This document shows, in pieces, positions 54,950 to 64,000 of a DNA stretch of 64,000 bases. The DNA is from a virus. The number at the start of each line of letters is the position of its first letter. Position 1 is the first letter of the stretch. The notes below the pieces were generated by a model. The model was not told the DNA's origin. It saw nothing but the letters and a program-made list of their open reading frames with translations, and made no database searches. The translations under genes and the position numbers were made by a program. The stretch lies in the IMG/VR virus record IMGVR_UViG_3300028571_000009; one strand, written 5' to 3'.

Positions 54950-55317
54950 TGAAATTAAACCACAAACTCCCAATTGGGCAGACCGTTGTATTTGAAACAT
55001 ACAACAAGTATAAGGTCGGAAAGATTATTGATGTACGACCTACGACAAAACGTATTGAATATACGGTATACGGCGAGGACGGAAAGATTTATGAGGCGAT
55101 GCCGAATAGAGTTGATGGTACGAATCGAATTGATGTTCGATTAACAAAAATATTCTGTAAAAAGAATAACATCGTATTAGATGACGTAGCCGCGGAATTT
55201 GCTAGAAATATTCGTACGACACATGTTGTATCAGAAGCTGATGCTACCGATTTGTCGACATTTGATGCGCAGTTAGGCGAAAAGGCAGAAAAAGTTCCGG
55301 CCGAATCAGAAAATTAG
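54949..55317 (+). CDS. Hypothetical protein
   Basis: Coupled ORF. Confidence 0.55.
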   Translation: MKLNHKLPIGQTVVFETYNKYKVGKIIDVRPTTKRIEYTVYGEDGKIYEAMPNRVDGTNRIDVRLTKIFCKKNNIVLDDVAAEFARNIRTTHVVSEADATDLSTFDAQLGEKAEKVPAESEN

Positions 55318-55334
55318 ATATTTATTTTACCATT

Positions 55335-55695
55335 GGGGGCGACTGGAATAGATTGGCTAAGAATGGTAAACAATTAGGTGCGTGATTGATACAGTACACG
55401 TTAAAAATTGGTATTAACAATAAACGTAGAAAAATCTACATTTACATTCGAAGATGCTATGGCATTTGTATCGAGTGAAGAGTTAGTGTTGGCTTAGTAA
55501 CAGAACACACTCCCATCTATGGGTCAAATAGAAGTTTTACTTGTTTTCACAAAACGAGTTGGTGGACCGTTGATTGTAACCCAATCAGCCCTAATTATTT
55601 TGGAGAGCTAATAAGATTAAACTCTAACCTAAACCTATAAATAAATTGTTTGCGAGTTGTAGAGCAAGACCGGGGTTCGAAACCCCGCGCCTCCA
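55335..55695 (+). ncRNA. ssrA: tmRNA
   Basis: GGGGGCG/CGCCTCC-A acceptor with G3.U70, T-arm GGGGTTCGAAACCCC, internal tag ORF 55426-55497. Confidence 0.93.
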
Positions 55696-55735
55696 CAGTT
55701 TTTATTTTTTTTTTAACCAAACCAAATACAAGTAC

Positions 55736-55879
55736 ATGAAAAAAGTTTTCTTGATTCTAACCGTATTAGTGTTCGCAATCACATCGTGCAAACAAACGCC
55801 TTCAGCCGAAGTATCCGTTAGTTCAGCAGATACCACAGTTGTAGCGGTAGATACCGTAGCTGTTGATTCCGTTCAATAA
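55736..55879 (+). CDS. Small lipoprotein
   Basis: MKK + hydrophobic stretch + TSC lipobox-like. Confidence 0.65.
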   Translation: MKKVFLILTVLVFAITSCKQTPSAEVSVSSADTTVVAVDTVAVDSVQ

Positions 55880-55941
55880 TGACGATAATGTGATGTCGAT
55901 ACTATAACGGTATCGACATCACCATGTTAAACAACAATTTT

Positions 55942-56109
55942 ATGAAACAGATTTATAACAAAGTACATAATGTATTCACCGATTCTATTGGTTGGATTCT
56001 TGTAGAGGCCGCAGTGATTGTATCTAACTTAGGGTGTACCGATGTGGCTGACTCTATGTATGATACCGGCTGCAATTGGTACAATAAATACATTCACCCA
56101 GATGAATAA
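55942..56109 (+). CDS. Hypothetical protein
   Basis: ORF. Confidence 0.4.
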   Translation: MKQIYNKVHNVFTDSIGWILVEAAVIVSNLGCTDVADSMYDTGCNWYNKYIHPDE

Positions 56110-56605
56110 AATTTTAGTAACCGGTGGCTTCGGCCGATTAGGATTACCGTTAGTAAATGAATTAGTCGGCCCCAATTTAGTTTATGTTATAGACAACATG
56201 AACAACCCTGATTCATTAGAGCGATTCGGACAAATAAATTTCAGAGCTAAGATTACATACACTGATATCGTATACAGCCAGCATATTTGGAATGATGTGA
56301 AATTTAATACTGTAGTACATTTAGCTACGTATACCGATGAAACAAATGCTGATGCTGATTATACAAAAGTATTTAAAGATTGTATCTTAGGAACAATGCA
56401 CATTATTAAGCGGTGTATTAAGGATGGTAGTAAATTAATTTACGTTGACTATTCTAGGGATTCAAATAGATTTCTAAAATTCATGCACGACGATATTATT
56501 CGAATGTTAGCATTCTACTCAGAATCTGGTTTAGATTTTGTTGTTGTACCTTCGAAGGATTTGATAAATGATGACATTCGTAAATCGATTATTTCCGCAA
56601 TATAA
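56102..56605 (+). CDS. Short NAD-dependent epimerase/dehydratase-like protein
   Basis: ILVTGG.G.LG, VHLA; lacks SDR C-terminus. Confidence 0.6.
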   Translation: MNKILVTGGFGRLGLPLVNELVGPNLVYVIDNMNNPDSLERFGQINFRAKITYTDIVYSQHIWNDVKFNTVVHLATYTDETNADADYTKVFKDCILGTMHIIKRCIKDGSKLIYVDYSRDSNRFLKFMHDDIIRMLAFYSESGLDFVVVPSKDLINDDIRKSIISAI

Positions 56606-56641
56606 TTTGGATAATCAAAAGAAAAACTATATCTTTAATAT

Positions 56642-56842
56642 ATGGCTAAATTAAATTGTAAAGTCGGAGACACCGTTGTATTCAGTCGATTCGGACGTGA
56701 ACATACAGGTATTATTACTAAAGAGTATGAACGAGCTGCGGGTCAATATTGGGTACGAGATACCGCGGATGGGACTCACTATCCAGCAGTAACAGTCGGT
56801 GTACCGAGTTCATATACAAATATTACTTCAATTGTAAAATAA
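56642..56842 (+). CDS. Small SH3/KOW-like protein
   Basis: KVGD.V.F...G.I pattern; ATG directly behind promoter. Confidence 0.5.
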   Translation: MAKLNCKVGDTVVFSRFGREHTGIITKEYERAAGQYWVRDTADGTHYPAVTVGVPSSYTNITSIVK

Positions 56843-57441
56843 TGCAGATGAAACAGGTACAACAATTTTTTAGTACGCATAAATTTTATTTGTTACATTT
56901 AGATACACTATCGCAACGACATATTAAAGTCGCGCCAATTATGTTTCTATTTTTACTGATAAACACGTTATGTGTATTTACTGGGTTTGTTAGTTCTCGA
57001 ATAATCGGTTTAGATATCGAGAAATTCACTACAGAGCAGAAAATTTATATCATTAATGATTTAGATAAGTTCTCACCTACCGCATATAAGCAGGCTATGC
57101 TAGATTTACACATAAAATTTCCTAGGGTAGTATTTTCACAAGCAATTTCCGAATCTAAACACTTCACATCATCCGTTTTTATTGAAAATAATAATTCATT
57201 GGGGATGAAAGAAGCTACATTCAGGCCTACAAATAACATTGGTACGAACAGGAATCACGCAAAGTATAACACGTGGCGCGACTGTCTGGTTGATTATGCA
57301 TTATGGCAATCATTTCATCTTAAGAACATTCACTCGGAGCAGGGGTATCTACAGTTATTGGCTTCAGCCGGGTATGCTGCGGACACAAATTATATAGCCC
57401 TTATAAAGAGCAATCTAGACAAATTTGACAAAGTAAAATAA
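56842..57441 (+). CDS. Glucosaminidase-domain (GH73-like) muralytic protein with N-terminal TM
   Basis: QAI.ES..F.S..F.ENNN..GMK, YA.D..Y. Confidence 0.7.
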   Translation: MQMKQVQQFFSTHKFYLLHLDTLSQRHIKVAPIMFLFLLINTLCVFTGFVSSRIIGLDIEKFTTEQKIYIINDLDKFSPTAYKQAMLDLHIKFPRVVFSQAISESKHFTSSVFIENNNSLGMKEATFRPTNNIGTNRNHAKYNTWRDCLVDYALWQSFHLKNIHSEQGYLQLLASAGYAADTNYIALIKSNLDKFDKVK

Positions 57442-57442
57442 T

Positions 57443-57760
57443 ATGACTACAAAAGTAAAAGACCCTATTAAAGCACTTGCTAAGGCAAAAGCGAGCGTGC
57501 TAATGTACTATCCGGGGGCAAAGGTAAGTAAAGAAGGGAACGAGTTCACAATTATTGATACTGTGGAAGATGATTTAGATATTCTTCAAGAATATTTTTT
57601 ACCATATGCACCATCCGCAGACGATGCTTGGCATAGAGCGGCCTTGACTGTGAAGACCACACAAAATTTTAATCGTACACACCCAGAAAAAATGTCTCTA
57701 GAATTCGAAGAAGAGAAGATGGTACGACTAAATAAAAGACGCACTAAGAAGCAGCGGTAG
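57443..57760 (+). CDS. Conserved phage hypothetical protein
   Basis: ORF. Confidence 0.6.
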   Translation: MTTKVKDPIKALAKAKASVLMYYPGAKVSKEGNEFTIIDTVEDDLDILQEYFLPYAPSADDAWHRAALTVKTTQNFNRTHPEKMSLEFEEEKMVRLNKRRTKKQR

Positions 57761-57805
57761 TAATTTACATCATACTATATACATATTTATTTTAAAGTAT
57801 TTAGT

Positions 57806-58102
57806 ATGATAGCGATAGATTTTGATAAGTTTCAAACCGATGCTGACTTTGAACTGTGGTTAGAATCTGAGGACGGTTATAAAGTAGTCGACCATGTATA
57901 CGAAGTTATTATACATTCATTAGGCGGGGCAAATAGACATATCCCGGTTATAATGAAAAAGTATGATGATGGGAGTGTATATTCTATCGATATGAAAAAC
58001 ATCAACGGGTTCTGTATAAAGGCTCTAAAGTTATATCTAGAATTAGAGGAGTATGAAAAATGTAACAAATTACAACAAATATTAACTAACAAAAACAAAT
58101 AA
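57806..58102 (+). CDS. UVR-motif protein
   Basis: EEYEKC.KL. Confidence 0.55.
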   Translation: MIAIDFDKFQTDADFELWLESEDGYKVVDHVYEVIIHSLGGANRHIPVIMKKYDDGSVYSIDMKNINGFCIKALKLYLELEEYEKCNKLQQILTNKNK

Positions 58103-58104
58103 TC

Positions 58105-58605
58105 ATGGAATTAAATTTTCAATTTTTCGTAGAAATTGTATTGATATTAGCACTCCTAGCATGTGCAGTCTATATTCAACGTCTACGCACTATCATTAAT
58201 AGCTACTTTGCCGATACAAAGAACAAAGAAATAATTATCGAGGCGCTACAATTGGCATATACAAAGTTAGAAAATAAAACAGATGAGGCGCAGGTAATAA
58301 TTACTAAGGCTAATGATGAGATGCTACCGGACCAACATGTTCACGTCGACTCTGAGATGGTTGATTTACCGAGCCCGGCTAATGAAACGTTAAGTGTGAT
58401 TTGGATTGCAGAATCACCGGTAGTAACTAGTACAGAAAAAGATATAAACACTGAGAGTGTAGACGACGACAACCCATTCACTATTAAGTTGAATAGTTTT
58501 CTGGCGAAGAGTCCGACTACTAAAAAGAAACCAGCTGTTAAAAAGAAGCTTGCCGCGAAAAAGAAACCGGCAAAGAAGAAAACTACGCCTAAGAAAAAGC
58601 ATTGA
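58105..58605 (+). CDS. Membrane-anchored protein with Lys-rich tail
   Basis: N-terminal TM; KKKPA repeats. Confidence 0.6.
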   Translation: MELNFQFFVEIVLILALLACAVYIQRLRTIINSYFADTKNKEIIIEALQLAYTKLENKTDEAQVIITKANDEMLPDQHVHVDSEMVDLPSPANETLSVIWIAESPVVTSTEKDINTESVDDDNPFTIKLNSFLAKSPTTKKKPAVKKKLAAKKKPAKKKTTPKKKH

Positions 58606-58616
58606 GGTATTGACTA

Positions 58617-59021
58617 ATGGGACTAAATGCTGACGAACTTTTTAACGCTCTTGAATTAGACTGTGATGTACAAGTTTCGGCATCAGCAGTAGTCACTGCG
58701 GTGCAATTTAACGAAGATGTGGCGGTTATAGCTAAATATTATATGGATAACAAGGTACCGCTATCATTCAGCCGGGCTGATTTATTCAGCGTCACTCCAT
58801 ATACCACTAAAGTTATAAAAAATAATGTCCGGTCTAAATTAACGTATCTCATACGATTAATGGACGAATTTGCGGAACTAGGAAACGGTTCAGAACTTTC
58901 CGACGATAAAGCAATTATTCAATTGTGCTTAGATAAGGTCGATAAAGATTACAGTTTAACTACAATATGTATCGATGAATTGAATCGAATTCATTCTAGG
59001 TATTCTTCTGACGTTTCATAG
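58617..59021 (+). CDS. Hypothetical protein
   Basis: ORF. Confidence 0.55.
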   Translation: MGLNADELFNALELDCDVQVSASAVVTAVQFNEDVAVIAKYYMDNKVPLSFSRADLFSVTPYTTKVIKNNVRSKLTYLIRLMDEFAELGNGSELSDDKAIIQLCLDKVDKDYSLTTICIDELNRIHSRYSSDVS

Positions 59022-59042
59022 ATATTTATATTAAACCACATT

Positions 59043-59435
59043 ATGAAAACTGACGGGTCTTTGTTATTTATCAGTGAATCGGATTATAAATTTATTCATG
59101 CTCTACCTGACGATGAGAAAATTTTATGTTTATTCGACGTGTGGCTTTCAGATTCAACAGAACTTCCCGATACAATGCCTTCCTTTGAGGAATTAATTGA
59201 TATGTCAATTATTAATCCTGATACAGCTAACATAGTAATAACTCCTAATATGGCTGTCATTAACGGTGAGAGCTACAAATTAGTTAGAGACGCAGTATCC
59301 CATCTATTTTCATACGGATTTGTATTAGAGCGTATTATAATAAGTAACAATCGACTACGAGATACTTTTCAAAGACAAAAGTATTGTCTGGTGTATAGCA
59401 TCAAAGGTGTAGTAAATCCTATTTCGGCCAACTAA
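59043..59435 (+). CDS. Hypothetical protein
   Basis: ORF behind an ATATTTATA motif. Confidence 0.55.
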   Translation: MKTDGSLLFISESDYKFIHALPDDEKILCLFDVWLSDSTELPDTMPSFEELIDMSIINPDTANIVITPNMAVINGESYKLVRDAVSHLFSYGFVLERIIISNNRLRDTFQRQKYCLVYSIKGVVNPISAN

Positions 59436-59489
59436 TTTTATATTTATTAATATACCTGTCCACATTATGATTGAGTTCAGTGCATAGGT

Positions 59490-59517
59490 GGGCGCCCCGT
59501 AAGGCGCCTTTTTTTTA
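59490..59517 (+). terminator. Rho-independent terminator
   Basis: GGGCGCC-CCGTAA-GGCGCCT then T tract. Confidence 0.8.
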
Positions 59518-59532
59518 CTTTAAATTTTCATT

Positions 59533-59784
59533 ATGCAAATTGATTCTAGAAGAATACTCACTCACAACAATTGTAAGTATGTAATTGTACGAATGATTCG
59601 TGATGACGAAAATCCAATCATCGATTCATGGAATTCGTTTCTAAATACGGATATTGCTTTGAAACATAACGGTGTAATACATTTCTGTCGGTTAATTCAA
59701 GAACCTGATGAGTTAGAATACATTACCACCGAATTAACCGTTACGGACGATAAAGTTGAAGAAGTGCTTGGTGAAGCGAAATAA
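59533..59784 (+). CDS. Hypothetical protein
   Basis: ORF. Confidence 0.55.
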   Translation: MQIDSRRILTHNNCKYVIVRMIRDDENPIIDSWNSFLNTDIALKHNGVIHFCRLIQEPDELEYITTELTVTDDKVEEVLGEAK

Positions 59785-59910
59785 TTTAATTATATTTTAT
59801 AATTTTATAAATAATAATTAAAAACATAATACTTAAATAATTAAGTTAATAATATAAATAATTAAATTAATTTAGGTGCACTTTATATTTATTAATAAAT
59901 CGACGTTGTT

Positions 59911-60090
59911 ATGCGACATAAGGAATTTGTGATTACTCGAGTGGATGCTCAAATTAATCTGATTGAAAATTTAAAGAAAACGATTGACGGTAACGTCATA
60001 TCAAAAGACGATGCGTTAAAAACATTAACTAATATCCAAAAGACTTTGGAACTGGTGGTGGAACGTGTCGACTTAGAATCTGATGAATAA
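59911..60090 (+). CDS. Hypothetical 59-aa protein (not in ORF track)
   Basis: Hand-translated MRHKEFV...LESDE. Confidence 0.55.
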   Translation: MRHKEFVITRVDAQINLIENLKKTIDGNVISKDDALKTLTNIQKTLELVVERVDLESDE

Positions 60091-61093
60091 TGGTATAATA
60101 TTAAAATACTCAACTGGTATATCGGCGTTACTGTTAGCGTCGGTAGCCGCTTACTTCTCGATAACAGGTTTATCTAAATTATTTGCAGGTACTGGTACGG
60201 CTATTATCATAATGGCATCGGTATTAGAGCTCAGTAAATTGGTTACTGTTTCGTATCTGTATAGATACTGGAAAAGTACATCAACTCTATTAAAATTTTA
60301 TTTAACGGTAGCTGTTACTATTCTAATGATAATTACTTCATTAGGTATTTTCGGGTTTCTAACTGCTGGATATCAAGGTACTAAAACTCAATTTGAACTT
60401 TCGAATACATCTACAGTATCTTCAATTAACAAGAAGCAATCAATTGATAATAAAATTGAAACTATAAAAAGTTCAATATCAACTAATTCTCAAAGAATTA
60501 CTAGATTAAATGCTTTACGTGATAATGCTGAAAATAGAATTAATCAATCCTTTGATAAAAATAAATTCTCAGTAAGTAATAAACAATCAAACGCTGCGTC
60601 TAATATTGATAAAGAAATTAAGATTCTAAATAATAAAATTGATACCTTAGAATCAACCATCAACACTCTCCAGGACAGCAGTTCAGCGATACAGTTACTA
60701 ATTATGCAGTCTAAATTACAGAATGAAAGTTCGACCGAGCTAGGCCCGTTAGTTTATGTCTCAAATATTACGGGTATTTCTTTAGATACTATTACAGGAA
60801 TATTGATATTATTATTCATATTCGTATTTGACCCGTTAGCTGTCGTGTTATTAATTGTATTTAATAAACTATCCATGGATTCTATACCTGTGACTGTATT
60901 AGAACCCCATATAGAACCTTCCCCAGCACCGGAATATAAAGATATACCTGAACAGGAAACTGTAGCTGTTAAACCTGTTAGCGATATTCAAGAAGAAATA
61001 ATAAAATTCAAGGACGAGTTAGAAGCCCCAGTCACTAAGAAGCAAGAGTCACCACGCAATAACAAACCTAAGTTATACGGTGATACAAGATAA
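60083..61093 (+). CDS. Multi-TM plus coiled-coil membrane protein
   Basis: AAYFSI.GL..LF, LE..K, GPL.Y, FDPLAV. Confidence 0.7.
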   Translation: MNNGIILKYSTGISALLLASVAAYFSITGLSKLFAGTGTAIIIMASVLELSKLVTVSYLYRYWKSTSTLLKFYLTVAVTILMIITSLGIFGFLTAGYQGTKTQFELSNTSTVSSINKKQSIDNKIETIKSSISTNSQRITRLNALRDNAENRINQSFDKNKFSVSNKQSNAASNIDKEIKILNNKIDTLESTINTLQDSSSAIQLLIMQSKLQNESSTELGPLVYVSNITGISLDTITGILILLFIFVFDPLAVVLLIVFNKLSMDSIPVTVLEPHIEPSPAPEYKDIPEQETVAVKPVSDIQEEIIKFKDELEAPVTKKQESPRNNKPKLYGDTR

Positions 61094-61139
61094 CGGAGAA
61101 TTTTCTTGTAAATAATCAAAATTTACCTTATAATTAGAT

Positions 61140-61781
61140 ATGACAGATAAAAACAAACTATACGATGAACGGTTACCGAAGTCTGAAATAGAGCAAACAG
61201 CTAGCCCAGACAGTGATTGGATTGTTGCAGACGATTATTCAATTTATAAAGAGATTGAATATGGTGTCAGTATCGACGATTCGATTATATACTTAAATGG
61301 TGATATTGTTCAAGGATTTCTGATAGACTTCATTATGAAAGTCCGGCTCATTTTAAACAACCGCAACCCGGAGTTTAAATTAGACCCGATTACATTAGTT
61401 ATCAACTCAGATGGTGGTGAAGCGTATGAAGCACTTGGTATGATTGATTATATTCAAGGGTTAGATGTTAAGGTTAATGCGATTGCACGAGGCCGGGCAA
61501 TGTCCGCAGCGGCGTTATTGTTAACATGTGCAACCGGTACTAGAGCAGCGAGTAAACATACTCACATAATGGTACATGAACTTAGCTCCGGTGGCGGTGG
61601 TTCTGCTTCGGACATCAAAACTCACGCAAGTCATATCGACCAGCTGGATACATTATTGTATGAATTATTAGGGAAGTATACCAAATTCCCATCTACACAT
61701 TGGCAGTCTATGGCACGTAAGGATTATTACATGACCGCAGAGAAGGCAGTTGAAATGGGAATTATTGACCAATTAGTTTAA
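61140..61781 (+). CDS. clpP: ClpP-like protease
   Basis: INSDGG, AMSAA (Ser), MVHE (His), DYYMTAE.A..GIID (Asp). Confidence 0.88.
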   Translation: MTDKNKLYDERLPKSEIEQTASPDSDWIVADDYSIYKEIEYGVSIDDSIIYLNGDIVQGFLIDFIMKVRLILNNRNPEFKLDPITLVINSDGGEAYEALGMIDYIQGLDVKVNAIARGRAMSAAALLLTCATGTRAASKHTHIMVHELSSGGGGSASDIKTHASHIDQLDTLLYELLGKYTKFPSTHWQSMARKDYYMTAEKAVEMGIIDQLV

Positions 61782-61782
61782 T

Positions 61783-62538
61783 ATGTTATCAGAAGACCAA
61801 ATAATACAAAATTGGAAAACCTTTACGGTTATGGTTCACTCATTCAACAGACCTGGTCTAGTTGAATTATATACTGACTTAGCTAATAGGATAACGAAGG
61901 CCCCGGCATCATCTACAACATATCACCACAATGCCTTTCCCGGCGGATACGTAGACCATGTACTCCGCGTGATTCAGATAGCCGAGAAACTATACACCAC
62001 GTGGAAAGCAGAAAATGCGGACGTGGATGGATTTACATTAGATGAATTATTATTTGTCGCGTTAAATCATGATTTAGGAAAAATAGGTTTTCCGGGCGAA
62101 GGTAATGAACACTATCAATTTAATGACTCTGAGTGGCATAGAAGAAACCAGGGTAAGGTATATAAATCAAATACAAATATACCATTCGCTGAAGTACCTG
62201 ATTTATCAATATTTCTATTACAGCATTACGGTGTTAAACTTACCTGGAATGAATTTCTAGGAATTAAAGTTCATGATGGGTTATATAATGATGCTAATAA
62301 ACCATATCTAATTGCAAAGTCTGAGGGAAGTAAATTAAAAAATAGTTTACCAGTTATCATTCATCATGCAGACCATATGGCAACGATTATCGAACATGCT
62401 TTATGGAAGCTAACCGGCGGTGAAGAACCTACTATGGTTAGTAAAGATATCAACCATAAAAAAACTAGAATTAAAAAAATGGTAAATATAGAGGTCGACT
62501 CGGGTATTACATCAGCAATAAACAATATATTTGAATAA
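61783..62538 (+). CDS. HD-domain hydrolase (YhaM-like)
   Basis: APAS...HH.AF.GG..DH, HDLGK, HHAD. Confidence 0.8.
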   Translation: MLSEDQIIQNWKTFTVMVHSFNRPGLVELYTDLANRITKAPASSTTYHHNAFPGGYVDHVLRVIQIAEKLYTTWKAENADVDGFTLDELLFVALNHDLGKIGFPGEGNEHYQFNDSEWHRRNQGKVYKSNTNIPFAEVPDLSIFLLQHYGVKLTWNEFLGIKVHDGLYNDANKPYLIAKSEGSKLKNSLPVIIHHADHMATIIEHALWKLTGGEEPTMVSKDINHKKTRIKKMVNIEVDSGITSAINNIFE

Positions 62539-62876
62539 TGGAAATATTACATACGATAATTACTGTATTACTAATTATATACGGTAGCGTAACGACATAC
62601 TTAGTAATTAATATGCTTTTACGGGAAGAAGCATTGGAAGAATTCTACGAGACAAAAACAGAACTTCTGGAAACACAGTTAGTTAACGTTAAAATAAAAG
62701 TAGAAGAAACTGTAGTGCGGTTGAAAGAAGTCGACATTAGAGGTTCATTTGAAGCTGATGATGAAGTAGGATTTGCATTCCAAGATATCAAAAAATTAAA
62801 CGAAGAATTACTATCGTTTATAGTTACATATAATCAAAAATCTACAGAAAATGCCGAGAAAGCCGGGACCGAATAG
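62538..62876 (+). CDS. TM plus coiled-coil hypothetical protein
   Basis: N-terminal TM; F..DDEVG..F. Confidence 0.6.
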   Translation: MEILHTIITVLLIIYGSVTTYLVINMLLREEALEEFYETKTELLETQLVNVKIKVEETVVRLKEVDIRGSFEADDEVGFAFQDIKKLNEELLSFIVTYNQKSTENAEKAGTE

Positions 62877-63630
62877 TTCAAAATATTACTTTACAGAAGA
62901 CACTGAGAAAGCTATTATAAGATATAATGGTAGCAAGGATGCTAGAGAACGAAACTTATTATACTCTAATCATATCAGATATGCATTAGATAAGTTAGCC
63001 GAAAATCTAATTCACAGGTTTAAGTTTAAGCATTTTGATATTCCATATGAAGATGTTAAACATGAAACGGTTGCGCATTTAAACGAAAAGTTGGATAAAT
63101 TTACACCTGAAAAGGGGAAGGCATTCAGTTATTTTTCTATCGTAGCAAAAAATTATTTGATAAATGAGAATAATACTAACTACGCACATTTTAAGAATAC
63201 CGATGATTTGCTAGTAGTCGATGACCGTCGTACGGTGATGAATGAAATCGCGAGGGAGAATAAAATCGAAGATGAAAAAGAATTCATGGACCTATTTGTT
63301 GATTATGTTGAGGCGAACCTACAATCGTTCACAATGCAAGTCACGAATACGAAGAGTGGTAAAGTATCAAATATACGACTATTTGAAACGCAACTAGATT
63401 TGTTAATGGCCGACTCAATATTAGAATTATTTAGACGTAGAGCAAATATTGAGGTATTCAATAAAAAGGCGTTATATATTCTAATTAAAGAGCGGTGCAA
63501 TTACGACAAAACTCAAGAGATTACCAAAATTTTAAAACGGGTAGAGCTATTATATAAGGATATATTTCTTAACTGGAGTAAAACCGGTAGAATTACCACA
63601 CAATATTTAAAATCTTATAATTATAAGTAG
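62851..63630 (+). CDS. Phage sigma factor (T4 gp55-like late sigma)
   Basis: YFT.DTE.AI..YN, KF.PEKGKAFSYFS...KNYLI. Confidence 0.75.
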   Translation: MPRKPGPNSSKYYFTEDTEKAIIRYNGSKDARERNLLYSNHIRYALDKLAENLIHRFKFKHFDIPYEDVKHETVAHLNEKLDKFTPEKGKAFSYFSIVAKNYLINENNTNYAHFKNTDDLLVVDDRRTVMNEIARENKIEDEKEFMDLFVDYVEANLQSFTMQVTNTKSGKVSNIRLFETQLDLLMADSILELFRRRANIEVFNKKALYILIKERCNYDKTQEITKILKRVELLYKDIFLNWSKTGRITTQYLKSYNYK

Positions 63631-63631
63631 T

Positions 63632-64000
63632 ATGGATATTCACGATGAATTATTTAAGGGTAGAAGTTTCAGCGAAATATTAAAGGATATTCACGATAAC
63701 TCGAAGAAGAAAGACCGTCAGATTAACCTATTAATCGCCGAGCTTAAGCCGTTAATTAAGAATATCGGTGATGCAACTATCGTAGTACCGTTAATTAAGG
63801 AGTATTTAGATATTTCTGTTCGTAATGATGACCATATCGTAAAATTAGCAGCCGTTGCTCAGCGATTAATATCAGCAGCTGGTAAGGCTGACACGGTAGG
63901 GAACGATTTCACATTATCAGAAGCAGAAAAAGCTGATTTGATGCGTGATGTTAAAGCATTAGATGCAGGTGACCAATTTGTGGAGAAAACCATACATAAT
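63632..64000 (+). CDS. Conserved phage hypothetical protein, runs off window end
   Basis: Hand-translated MDIHDELFKG...PLIKEYLD...NDD..VKLA. Confidence 0.65.
   Translation, partial: MDIHDELFKGRSFSEILKDIHDNSKKKDRQINLLIAELKPLIKNIGDATIVVPLIKEYLDISVRNDDHIVKLAAVAQRLISAAGKADTVGNDFTLSEAEKADLMRDVKALDAGDQFVEKTIHN

Noticed and set aside
55896-55925. Perfect hairpin GTGATGTCGATAC/GTATCGACATCAC as a novel ncRNA
   Set aside because: Most simply a terminator or processing stem after the tmRNA-lipoprotein unit
942-63500. Minus-strand and nested alternative-frame ORFs in the track
   Set aside because: They shadow better-supported + strand genes or tRNA/tmRNA genes and have no motifs or promoters
1-64000. 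Eukaryotic giant virus origin, suggested by the glycosylation cluster
   Set aside because: tmRNA, sigma factor, gp62/gp1/gp30-like genes, Rho-independent terminators and Bacteroidota promoters indicate a bacteriophage
1-64000. Stop-codon reassignment
   Set aside because: Recognisable genes are full length in code 11; TAG and TGA end genes at coupled junctions; no CTA or TCA suppressor tRNA seen

Overview
Fragment of a large lytic dsDNA bacteriophage genome, almost certainly infecting Bacteroidota. Host evidence: TTG-N20-TAnnTT(T/A)A promoters, no Shine-Dalgarno sites, Hc1-like and DUF4494-like host-type genes, tmRNA and a gp55-like sigma factor. All credible genes are on the + strand under the standard code. 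Layout: replication/nucleotide genes (1-3.9 kb); an ~17.5 kb glycosyltransferase and NDP-sugar cluster containing a GT2 gene split by an HNH endonuclease (3.9-21.5 kb); small and membrane genes plus an ATP-dependent DNA ligase (21.5-31.8 kb); an ~10 kb island of small genes with a helically phased palindromic operator and a MoxR-AAA+/VWA pair, bounded by repeat-rich non-coding tracts (32-42.6 kb); an integron-like array of attC-like hairpin cassettes (44.3-45.4 kb); a tRNA array of 24 cloverleaf genes, 3 D-armless tRNA-like genes and one apparently circularly permuted tRNA (49.2-52.7 kb); tmRNA; and ClpP, HD hydrolase and sigma factor (61-64 kb). The strongest novelty candidates are the attC-like cassettes, the D-armless Ile/Arg tRNA family, the permuted tRNA, the split GT2 and the phased operator. 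All family calls come from motif recognition by eye; no database search was run.
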